The notes under the pieces were generated by a model. That model was given only the letters and a program-made list of their open reading frames with translations. It ran no database searches and had not been told where the DNA came from. A program made the position numbers and the translations under genes. This document shows positions 13,136 to 26,114 of a stretch of 64,000 nt of DNA, piece by piece; the first letter of the stretch is position 1, and every line of letters starts with the position of its first letter. Origin of the DNA: Paragordius varius (lineage: Eukaryota; Animalia; Nematomorpha); the NCBI GenBank assembly GCA_964247055.1, contig OZ176055.1:8246001-8310000 (forward strand). Direction: 5' to 3'.

Positions 13136-16100
13136 GTTTTGATGCAACTGTCTTTATGGATTATCGTATATAGAGTTTACATCCATCCGTCACCGAAACC
13201 ACCCCTTTTCAGTATTAGGATAGATGTTAGGAATGTTGGACAACTGATTTTGATGTAACTGTGTTAATGGATTATCGTATATTAAGTTTACATCCATCCG
13301 TCACCGAAACCACCCCTTTTCAGTATTAGGATAGATGGAGTTAGGAATGTTGGACAACTGATTTTGATGTAACTGTGTTAATGGATTATCGTATATTAAG
13401 TTTACATCCATCCGTCACCGAAACCACCCCTTTTCAGTATTAGGATAGATGGAGTTAAGAATGTTGGACAACTGATTTTGATGTAACTGTGTTAATGGAT
13501 TATCGTATATTAAGTTTACATCCATCCGTCACCGAAACCACCCCTTTTCAGTATTAGGATAGATGGAGTTAGGAATGTTGAATAATGATTTTGATGTAAC
13601 TGTGTTAATGGATTATCGTATATTAAGTTTACATCCATCCGTCACCGAAACCACCCCTTTTCAGTATTAGGATAGATGGAGTTAAGAATGTTGGACAACT
13701 GATTTTGATGTAACTGTGTTAATGGATTACCGTATATTAAGTTTACATCCATCCGTCACCGAAACCACCCCTTTTCAGTATTAGGATAGATGGAGTTAGG
13801 AATGTTGGACAATGATTTTGATGTAACTGTGTTAATGGATTATCCTATATTAAGTTTACATCCATCCGTCACCGAAACCACCCCTTTTCAGTATTAGGAT
13901 AGATGGATTTAGGAATGTTGGACAACTGATTTTGATGTACTGTGTTATTGGATTATCGTATATTGAGTTTACATCCATCCGTCACCGAAACCACCCCTTT
14001 TCAGTTGTAGGATAGATGGAGTTAGGAGTGTTGGACAACTGATTTTAATGTAACTGTGTTAATGGATTATCGTATATTAAGTTTACATCCATCCGTCACC
14101 GAAACCACCCCTTTTCAGTATTAGGATAGATGGAGTTAGGAATGTTGGACAACTGATTTTGATGTAACTGTCTTAATGGATTATCGTATATTAAGTTTAC
14201 ATCCATCCGTTACCGAAACCACCCCTTTTCAGTATTAGGATAGATGGAGTTAGGAATGTTGGACAACCGATTTTGATGTAACTGTGTTAATGGATTATCG
14301 TATATTAAGTTTACATCCATCCGTCACCGAAATCACCCCTTTTCAGTATTAGGATAGATGGAGTTAGGAATGTTGAACAACTGATTTTGATGTAACTGTG
14401 TTAATGGATTATCGTATATTTTGTTTACATCCATCCGTCACCGAAACCACCCCTTTTCAGTATTAGGATAGATGGAGTTAGGAATGTTGGACAACTGATT
14501 TTGATGTAACTGTGTTATTGGATTATCGTATATTGAGTTTACATCCATCCGTCACCGAAACCACCCGTTTTCAGTATTAGGATAGATGGAGTTAAGAATG
14601 CTGGACAACTGATTTTGATGTAACTGTGTTAATGGATTATCGTATATTAAGTTTACATCCATCCGTCACCGAAACCACAGCTTTTCAGTATTAGGATAGA
14701 TGGAGTTAGGAATGTTGGACAACTGATTTTGATGTAACTGTCTTAATGGATTATCGTATATTAAGTTTACATCCATCCGTCACCGAAATCACCCCTTTTC
14801 AGTATTAGGATAGATGGAGTTAGGAATGTTGGACAACTGATTTTGATGTAACTGTGTTAATGGATTATCGTATATTAAGTTTACATCCATCCGTCACCGA
14901 AACCCCCCTTTTCAGTATTAGGATAGATGGAGTTAGGAATGTTGGACAACTGATTTTGATGTAACTGTGTTAATGGATTATCGTATATTAAGTTTACATC
15001 CATCCGTCACCGAAACCACCCCTTTTCAGTATTAGGATAGATGGAGTTAGGAATGTTGGACAACTGATTTTGATGTAACTGTCTTAATGGATTATCGTAT
15101 ATTAAGTTTACATCCATCCGTCACCGAAACCACCCCTTTTCAGTATTAGGATAGATGGAGTTAGGAATGTTGGACAACTGATTTTGATGTAACTGTCTTA
15201 ATGGATTATCGTATATTAAGTTTACATCCATCCGTCACCGAAACCACCCCTTTTCAGTATTAGGATAGATGGAGTTAGGAATGTTGGACAACCGATTTTG
15301 ATGTAACTGTGTTAATGGATTATCGTATATTAAGTTTACATCCATCCGTCACCGAAACCACCCCTTTTCAGTATTAGGATAGATGGAGTTAAGAATGTTG
15401 GACAACCGATTTTGATGTAACTGTGTTAATGGATTACCGTATATTGAGTTTACATCCATCCGTCACCGAAACCACCCGTTTTCAGTATTAGGATAGATGG
15501 AGTTAAGAATGTTGGACAACTGATTTTGATGTAACTGTGTTAATGGATTATCGTATATTAAGTTTACATCCATCCGTCACCGAAACCACCCCTTTTCAGT
15601 ATTAGGATAGATGGAGTTAAGAATGTTGGACAACTGATTTTGATGTAACTGTGTTAATGGATTACCGTATATTGAGTTTACATCCATCCGTCACCGAAAC
15701 CACCCCTTTTCAATATTAGGATAGATGGAGTTAGGAATGTTGGATAATGATTTTGATGTAACTGTTTTAATGGATCGTATATTAAGTTTACATCCATCCG
15801 TCACCGAAACCACCCGTTTTCAGTATTAGGATAGATGGAGTTAAGGATGTTGGACAACTGATTTTGATGTAACTGTGTTAATGGATTACCGTATATTAAG
15901 TTTACATCCATCCGTCACCGAAACCACCCGTTTTCAGTATTAGGATAGATGGAGTTAAAAATGTTGGACAACTGATTTTGATGTAACTGTGTTAATGGAT
16001 TACCGTATATTAAGTTTACATCCATCCGTCACCGAAATCACCCCTTTTCAGTATTAGGATAGATGGAGTTAGGAATGTTGAACAACTGATTTTGATGTAA

Positions 16101-19100
16101 CTGTGTTAATGGATTATCGTATATTAAGTTTACATCCATCCGTCACCGAAACCACCCTTTTTCAGTATTAGGATAGATGGAGTTAGGAATGTTGGACAAC
16201 TGATTTTGATGTAATTGTGTTATTGGATTATCGTATATTGAGTTTACATCCATCCGTCACCGAAACCACCGCTTTTCAGTATTAGGATAGATGGAGTTAA
16301 GAATGTTGGACAACTGATTTTGATGTAACTGTGTTAATGGATTACCGTATATTGAGTTTACATCCATCCGTCACCGAAACCACCCGTTTTCAGTATTAGG
16401 ATAGATGGAGTTAGGAATGTTGGATAATGATTTTGAGGCAACTGTTTTAATGGATTATCGTATATTAAGTTTACATCCATCCGTCACCGAAACCACCCGT
16501 TTTCAGTATTAGGATAGATGGAGTTAAGGATGTTGGACAACTGATTTTGATGTAACTGTGTTAATGGATTACCGTATATTAAGTTTACATCCATCCGTCA
16601 CCGAAACCACCCCTTTTCAGTATTAGGATAGATGGAGTTAGGAATGTTGGACAACCGATTTTGATGTAACTGTGTTAATGGATTATCGTATATTAAGTTT
16701 ACATCCATCCGTCACCGAAACCACCCCTTTTCAGTATTAGGATAGATGGAGTTAAGAATGTTGGACAACCGATTTTGATGTAACTGTGTTAATGGATTAC
16801 CGTATATCGAGTTTACATCCATCCGTCACCGAAACCACCCGTTTTCAGTATTAGGATAGATGGAGTTAAGAATGTTGGACAACTGATTTTGATGTAACTG
16901 TGTTAATGGATTATCGTATATTAAGTTTACATCCATCCGTCACCGAAACCACCCCTTTTCAGTATTAGGATAGATGGAGTTAAGAATGTTGGACAACTGA
17001 TTTTGATGTAACTGTGTTAATGGATTACCGTATATTGAGTTTACATCCATCCGTCACCGAAACCACCCCTTTTCAATATTAGGATAGATGGAGTTAGGAT
17101 AGTTGGATAATGATTTTGATGTAACTGTTTTAATGGATTATCGTATATTAAGTTTACATCCATCCGTCACCGCAACCACCCGTTTTCAGTATTAGGATAG
17201 ATGGAGTTAAGGATGTTGGACAACTGATTTTGATGTAACTGTGTTAATGGATTACCGTATATTAAGTTTACATCCATCCGTCACCGAAACCACCCGTTTT
17301 CAGTATTAGGATAGATGGAGTTAAAAATGTTGGACAACTGATTTTGATGTAACTGTGTTAATGGATTACCGTATATTAAGTTTACATCCATCCGTCACCG
17401 AAATCACCCCTTTTCAGTATTAGGATAGATGGAGTTAGGAATGTTGAACAACTGATTTTGATGTAACTGTGTTAATGGATTATCGTATATTAAGTTTACA
17501 TCCATCCGTCACCGAAACCACCCTTTTTCAGTATTAGGATAGATGGAGTTAGGAATGTTGGACAACTGATTTTGATGTAATTGTGTTATTGGATTATCGT
17601 ATATTGAGTTTACATCCATCCGTCACCGAAACCACCGCTTTTCAGTATTAGGATAGATGGAGTTAAGAATGTTGGACAACTGATTTTGATGTAACTGTGT
17701 TAATGGATTACCGTATATTGAGTTTACATCCATCCGTCACCGAAACCACCCGTTTTCAGTATTAGGATAGATGGAGTTAGGAATGTTGGATAATGATTTT
17801 GATGCAACTGTTTTAATGGATTATCGTATATTAAGTTTACATCCATCCGTCACCGAAACCACCCGTTTTCAGTATTAGGATAGATGGAGTTAAGGATGTT
17901 GGACAACTGATTTTGATGTAACTGTGTTAATGGATTACCGTATATTAAGTTTACATCCATCCGTCACCGAAACCACCCCTTTTCAGTATTAGGATAGATG
18001 GAGTTAGGAATGTTGGACAACTGATTTTGATGTAACTGTCTTAATGGATTATCGTATATTAAGTTTACATCCATCCGTTACCGAAACCACCCCTTTTCAG
18101 TATTAGGATAAATGGAGTTAGGAATGTTGGACAACCGATTTTGATGTAACTGTGTTAATGGATTATCGTATATTAAGTTTACATCCATCCGTCACCGAAA
18201 TCACCCCTTTTCAGTATTAGGATAGATGGAGTTAGGAATGTTGAACAACTGATTTTGATGTAACTGTGTTAATGGATTATCGTATATTAAGTTTACATCC
18301 ATCCGTCACCGAAACCACCCTTTTTCAGTATTAGGATAGATGGAGTTAGGAATGTTGGACAACTGATTTTGATGTAACTGTGTTATTGGATTATTCTATA
18401 TTGAGTTTACATCCATCCGTCACCGAAACCACCCCTTTTCAGTTGTAGGATAGATGGAGTTAGGAATGTTGGACAACTGATTTTAATGTAACTGTGTTAA
18501 TGGATTATCGTATATTAAGTTTACATCCATCCGTCACCGAAACCACCCCTTTTCAGTATTAGGATAGATGGAGTTAGGAATGTTGGACAACTGATTTTGA
18601 TGTAACTGTCTTAATGGATTATCGTATATTAAGTTTACATCCATCCGTTACCGAAACCACCCCTTTTCAGTATTAGGATAGATGGAGTTAGGAATGTTGG
18701 ACAACCGATTTTGATGTAACTGTGTTAATGGATTATCGTATATTAAGTTTACATCCATCCGTCACCGAAACCACCCTTTTTCAGTATTAGGATAGATGGA
18801 GTTAGGAATGTTGGACAACTGATTTTGATGTAACTGTGTTATTGGATTATCGTATATTGAGTTTACATCCATCCGTCACCGAAACCACCCCTTTTCAGTA
18901 TTAGGATAGATGGATTTAGGAATGTTGGACAACTGATTTTGATGTACTGTGTTATTGGATTATCGTATATTGAGTTTACATCCATCCGTCACCGAAACCA
19001 CCCCTTTTCAGTTGTAGGATAGATGGAGTTAGGAGTGTTGGACAACTGATTTTAATGTAACTGTGTTAATGGATTATCGTATATTAAGTTTACATCCATC

Positions 19101-22100
19101 CGTCACCGAAACCACCCCTTTTCAGTATTAGGATAGATGGAGTTAGGAATGTTGGACAACTGATTTTGATGTAACTGTCTTAATGGATTATCGTATATTA
19201 AGTTTACATCCATCCGTTACCGAAACCACCCCTTTTCAGTATTAGGATAGATGGAGTTAGGAATGTTGGACAACCGATTTTGATGTAACTGTGTTAATGG
19301 ATTATCGTATATTAAGTTTACATCCATCCGTCACCGAAATCACCCCTTTTCAGTATTAGGATAGATGGAGTTAGGAATGTTGAACAACTGATTTTGATGT
19401 AACTGTGTTAATGGATTATCGTATATTTTGTTTACATCCATCCGTCACCGAAACCACCCCTTTTCAGTATTAGGATAGATGGAGTTAGGAATGTTGGACA
19501 ACTGATTTTGATGTAACTGTGTTATTGGATTATCGTATATTGAGTTTACATCCATCCGTCACCGAAACCACCCGTTTTCAGTATTAGGATAGATGGAGTT
19601 AAGAATGTTGGACAACTGATTTTGATGTAACTGTGTTAATGGATTATCGTATATTAAGTTTACATCCATCCGTCACCGAAACCACAGCTTTTCAGTATTA
19701 GGATAGATGGAGTTAGGAATGTTGGACAACTGATTTTGATGTAACTGTCTTAATGGATTATCGTATATTAAGTTTACATCCATCCGTCACCGAAATCACC
19801 CCTTTTCAGTATTAGGATAGATGGAGTTAGGAATGTTGGACAACTGATTTTGATGTAACTGTGTTAATGGATTATCGTATATTAAGTTTACATCCATCCG
19901 TCACCGAAACCACCCCTTTTCAGTATTAGGATAGATGGAGTTAGGAATGTTGGACAACTGATTTTGATGTAACTGTCTTAATGGATTATCGTATATTAAG
20001 TTTACATCCATCCGTCACCGAAACCACCCCTTTTCAGTATTAGGATAGATGGAGTTAGGAATGTTGGACAACTGATTTTGATGTAACTGTCTTAATGGAT
20101 TATCGTATATTAAGTTTACATCCATCCGTCACCGAAACCACCCCTTTTCAGTATTAGGATAGATGGAGTTAGGAATGTTGGACAACCGATTTTGATGTAA
20201 CTGTGTTAATGGATTATCGTATATTAAGTTTACATCCATCCGTCACCGAAACCACCCCTTTTCAGTATTAGGATAGATGGAGTTAAGAATGTTGGACAAC
20301 CGATTTTGATGTAACTGTGTTAATGGATTACCGTATATTGAGTTTACATCCATCCGTCACGAAACCACCCGTTTTCAGTATTAGGATAGATGGAGTTAAG
20401 AATGTTGGACAACTGATTTTGATGTAACTGTGTTAATGGATTATCGTATATTAAGTTTACATCCATCCGTCACCGAAACCACCCCTTTTCAGTATTAGGA
20501 TAGATGGAGTTAAGAATGTTGGACAACTGATTTTGATGTAACTGTGTTAATGGATTACCGTATATTGAGTTTACATCCATCCGTCACCGAAACCACCCCT
20601 TTTCAATATTAGGATAGATGGAGTTAGGAATGTTGGATAATGATTTTGATGTAACTGTTTTAATGGATTATCGTATATTAAGTTTACATCCATCCGTCAC
20701 CGAAACCACCCGTTTTCAGTATTAGGATAGATGGAGTTAAGGATGTTGGACAACTGATTTTGATGTAACTGTGTTAATGGATTACCGTATATTAAGTTTA
20801 CATCCATCCGTCACCGAAACCACCCGTTTTCAGTATTAGGATAGATGGAGTTAAAAATGTTGGACAACTGATTTTGATGTAACTGTGTTAATGGATTACC
20901 GTATATTAAGTTTACATCCATCCGTCACCGAAATCACCCCTTTTCAGTATTAGGATAGATGGAGTTAGGAATGTTGAACAACTGATTTTGATGTAACTGT
21001 GTTAATGGATTATCGTATATTAAGTTTACATCCATCCGTCACCGAAACCACCCTTTTTCAGTATTAGGATAGATGGAGTTAGGAATGTTGGACAACTGAT
21101 TTTGATGTAATTGTGTTATTGGATTATCGTATATTGAGTTTACATCCATCCGTCACCGAAACCACCGCTTTTCAGTATTAGGATAGATGGAGTTAAGAAT
21201 GTTGGACAACTGATTTTGATGTAACTGTGTTAATGGATTACCGTATATTGAGTTTACATCCATCCGTCACCGAAACCACCCGTTTTCAGTATTAGGATAG
21301 ATGGAGTTAGGAATGTTGGATAATGATTTTGATGCAACTGTTTTAATGGATTATCGTATATTAAGTTTACATCCATCCGTCACCGAAACCACCCGTTTTC
21401 AGTATTAGGATAGATGGAGTTAAGGATGTTGGACAACTGATTTTGATGTAACTGTGTTAATGGATTACCGTATATTAAGTTTACATCCATCCGTCACCGA
21501 AACCACCCCTTTTCAGTATTAGGATAGATGGAGTTAGGAATGTTGGACAACCGATTTTGATGTAACTGTGTTAATGGATTATCGTATATTAAGTTTACAT
21601 CCATCCGTCACCGAAACCACCCCTTTTCAGTATTAGGATAGATGGAGTTAAGAATGTTGGACAACCGATTTTGATGTAACTGTGTTAATGGATTACCGTA
21701 TATTGAGTTTACATCCATCCGTCACCGAAACCACCCGTTTTCAGTATTAGGATAGATGGAGTTAAGAATGTTGGACAACTGATTTTGATGTAACTGTGTT
21801 AATGGATTATCGTATATTAAGTTTACATCCATCCGTCACCGAAACCACCCCTTTTCAGTATTAGGATAGATGGAGTTAAGAATGTTGGACAACTGATTTT
21901 GATGTAACTGTGTTAATGGATTACCGTATATTGAGTTTACATCCATCCGTCACCGAAACCACCCCTTTTCAATATTAGGATAGATGGAGTTAGGAATGTT
22001 GGATAATGATTTTGATGTAACTGTTTTAATGGATTATCGTATATTAAGTTTACATCCATCCGTCACCGAAACCACCCGTTTTCAGTATTAGGATAGATGG

Positions 22101-25100
22101 AGTTAAGGATGTTGGACAACTGATTTTGATGTAACTGTGTTAATGGATTACCGTATATTAAGTTTACATCCATCCGTCACCGAAACCACCCGTTTTCAGT
22201 ATTAGGATAGATGGAGTTAAAAATGTTGGACAACTGATTTTGATGTAACTGTGTTAATGGATTACCGTATATTAAGTTTACATCCATCCGTCACCGAAAT
22301 CACCCCTTTTCAGTATTAGGATAGATGGAGTTAGGAATGTTGAACAACTGATTTTGATGTAACTGTGTTAATGGATTATCGTATATTAAGTTTACATCCA
22401 TCCGTCACCGAAACCACCCTTTTTCAGTATTAGGATAGATGGAGTTAGGAATGTTGGACAACTGATTTTGATGTAATTGTGTTATTGGATTATCGTATAT
22501 TGAGTTTACATCCATCCGTCACCGAAACCACCGCTTTTCAGTATTAGGATAGATGGAGTTAAGAATGTTGGACAACTGATTTTGATGTAACTGTGTTAAT
22601 GGATTACCGTATATTGAGTTTACATCCATCCGTCACCGAAACCACCCGTTTTCAGTATTAGGATAGATGGAGTTAGGAATGTTGGACAACTGATTTTGAT
22701 GTAACTGTGTTATTGGATTATTCTATATTGAGTTTACATCCATCCGTCACCGAAACCACCCCTTTTCAGTTGTAGGATAGATGGAGTTAGGAATGTTGGA
22801 CAACTGATTTTAATGTAAATGTGTTAATGGATTATCGTATATTAAGTTTACATCCATCCGTCACCGAAACCACCCCTTTTCAGTATTAGGATAGATGGAG
22901 TTAGGAATGTTGGACAACTGATTTTGATGTAACTGTCTTAATGGATTATCGTATATTAAGTTTACATCCATCCGTCACCGAAACCACCCCTTTTCAGTAT
23001 TAGGATAGATGGAGTTAAGAATGTTGGACAACTGATTTTGATGTAACTGTGTTAATGGATTACCGTATATTGAGTTTACATCCATCCGTCACCGAAACCA
23101 CCCCTTTTCAATATTAGGATAGATGGAGTTAGGAATGTTGGATAATGATTTTGATGTAACTGTTTTAATGGATTATCGTATATTAAGTTTACATCCATCC
23201 GTCACCGAAACCACCCGTTTTCAGTATTAGGATAGATGGAGTTAGGAATGTTGGATAATGATTTTGATGTAACTGTTTTAATGGATTATCGTATATTAAG
23301 TTTACATCCATCCGTCACCGAAACCACCCCTTTTCAGTTGTAGGATAGATGGAGTTAGGAATGTTGGATAATGATTTTGATGCAACTGTTTTAATGGATT
23401 ATCGTATATTAAGTTTACATCCATCCGTCACCGAAACCACCCGTTTTCAGTATTAGGATAGATGGAGTTAAGGATGTTGGACAACTGATTTTGATGTAAC
23501 TGTGTTAATGGATTACCGTATATTAAGTTTACATCCATCCGTCACCGAAACCACCCCTTTTCAGTATTAGGATAGATGGAGTTAGGAATGTTGGACAACT
23601 GATTTTGATGTAACTGTCTTAATGGATTATCGTATATTAAGTTTACATCCATCCGTTACCGAAACCACCCCTTTTCAATATTAGGATAAATGGAGTTAGG
23701 AATGTTGGACAACCGATTTTGATGTAACTGTGTTAATGGATTATCGTATATTAAGTTTACATCCATCCGTCACCGAAATCACCCCTTTTCAGTATTAGGA
23801 TAGATGGAGTTAGGAATGTTGAACAACTGATTTTGATGTAACTGTGTTAATGGATTATCGTATATTAAGTTTACATCCATCCGTCACCGAAACCACCCTT
23901 TTTCAGTATTAGGATAGATGGAGTTAGGAATGTTGGACAACTGATTTTGATGTAACTGTGTTATTGGATTATTCTATATTGAGTTTACATCCATCCGTCA
24001 CCGAAACCACCCCTTTTCAGTTGTAGGATAGATGGAGTTAGGAATGTTGGACAACTGATTTTAATGTAAATGTGTTAATGGATTATCGTATATTAAGTTT
24101 ACATCCATCCGTCACCGAAACCACCCCTTTTCAGTATTAGGATAGATGGAGTTAGGAATGTTGGATAATGATTTTGATGTAACTGTGTTAATGGATTATC
24201 GTATATTAAGTTTACATCCATCCGTCACCGAAACCACCCGTTTTCAGTATTAGGATAGATGGAGTTAAGGATGTTGGACTACTGATTTTGATGTAACTGT
24301 GTTAATGGATTACCGTATATTAAGTTTACATCCATCCGTCACCGAAACCATCCCTTTTCAGTATTAGGATAGATGGAGTTAAGAATGTTGGACAACTGAT
24401 TTTGATGTAACTGTGTTAATGGATTACCGTATATTAAGTTTACATCCATCCGTCACCGAAACCACCCCTTTTCAGTATTAGGATAGATGGAGTTAGGAAT
24501 GTTGGACAACTGATTTTGATGCAACTGTCTTAATGGATTATCGTATATTAAGTTTACATCCATCCACTACCGAAACCACCCCTTTTCAGTATTAGGATAG
24601 ATGGAGTTAGGAATGTTGGACAACCGATTTTGATGTAACTGTGTTAATGGATTATCGTATATTAAGTTTACATCCATCCGTCACCGAAATCACCCCTTTT
24701 CAGTATTAGGATAGATGGAGTTAGGAATGTTGGACAATGATTTTGATGTATTGTGTTAATGGATTATCCTATATTAAGTTTACATCCATCCGTCACCGAA
24801 ACCACCCCTTTTCAGTATTAGGATAGATGGAGTTAGGAATGTTGGACAACTGATTTTGATGTAACTGTGTTATTGGATTATCGTATATTGAGTTTACATC
24901 CATCCGTCACCGAAACCACCCCTTTTCAGTATTAGGATAGATGGAGTTAAGAAGGTTGGTTGATTTGGCTTAGGACCAATTTGAACAAATTTTGCCGGAC
25001 GGTTTTTTGTAAGACTTGGTCAATTGATTTTGATGCAATTGTCTTAATGGATTATCGTATATTCGGTTTACATCCATCCGCCACCGAAACCGCGACGTTT

Positions 25101-25118
25101 CAGTATTAGGATGGATGA
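13136..25118. repeat. Satellite / long tandem array, 114-bp monomer, about 105 copies
   Basis: Monomer GTTAGGAATGTTGGACAACTGATTTTGATGTAACTGTGTTAATGGATTATCGTATATTAAGTTTACATCCATCCGTCACCGAAACCACCCCTTTTCAGTATTAGGATAGATGGA recurs at 13226, 13340, 13454 and 13568 (114-bp spacing). Edge copies are more diverged. The copy number is span divided by 114. Confidence 0.99.
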
Positions 25119-26114
25119 AGATGATTTATTGTCAAAATTTAAAAAACATTAAATTTTATAAAATGATTGTTGCGCAAGTTAAAGAAGCTCATGCTTAAAA
25201 CAATTTGTTAACTAGATCAAAAATTTTATTATACCAAACATTTGACAGTCAAAACATTAAAAGTAAAAGACAAATTTTTTTATAAAAAACAACCATACTT
25301 TTCATAACCTAGATATCGTTGTTTTAGCTATTTCGTATGTGTAGTTATGCCATATTGCAAGATATTTCCTACATATATTATATAATTGCAAAAGTTATAT
25401 AATTGAGATAAATCCCTGTTTCACATAAAGAGATGACTTAAATTTAAAGGGTATGGTTAATTTTTTTAAAAAATTATTTAATTTTACACGTTTCTTTGCA
25501 GTGTGTAAATTACTCTAAATTTCGCTCAATAATGAATAAAAAATGCTATAAATACATTTCAAAGTATTACCCTATATCCAAGAAAATAACTTATATTAAT
25601 TTTTAGGAAATATTTTTAAAACTTTTTGCTTGATATGTACCTACTTTGGAACTCTCATATCATGACAATCAAATATTCTATTTCTTTAAATTAACTATAA
25701 TACTATATAACATATGATATTCAGAATAATAAATTAGATTTGGCAAAAGTATGAATTTTTCTAATTATTAATAAATGAAATTTTTTTTACTGATTATATT
25801 TGTTTTATAAAGAATTATTATAGGCCTAAAAGTTAATCACACAACAATATAAGGGCTGTCTGTGATCGATAAATGTTTCATTAGTTTTTGTACACATCAA
25901 AAAAGGTCAAGGATTAATTTTTTTAATTTAACACAATAGATTCCCATATCAAGTGGAATTATTTAAATTTCGCTAACAACGTATACTTTGTGTCTAATTA
26001 AATAATTAAAAAGGAGATTCATCATCACGCTTTTTATCTAACAAAATTAACTGATAAATATCTTCATGTGTTATATATCTAATAAAATTTATTAAATAAA
26101 ACATGATCGATTAA

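Noticed and set aside
13136-25118. CRISPR array
   Set aside because: There are no unique spacers; whole 114-bp units are near-identical, the context is a spliced eukaryotic genome, and no cas genes are present.
13136-25118. Satellite as a tandem exon-intron gene (minus: 33-nt GTAAAC..ACAG intron plus 81-nt exon YIKISCPTFLTPSILILKRGGFGDGWI; plus: 69-nt intron plus 45-nt exon)
   Set aside because: Recurrent 1-bp deletions fall in the would-be exons, some variants destroy the AG, no start or terminal exon is evident, and such GT/AG solutions arise easily by chance in a unit divisible by 3.
13136-25118. Selenocysteine or TGA=Trp recoded repeat protein; hammerhead-ribozyme satellite
   Set aside because: Some monomers have TAA at the same codon, variants show no synonymous bias, and no CUGANGA core is present on either strand.
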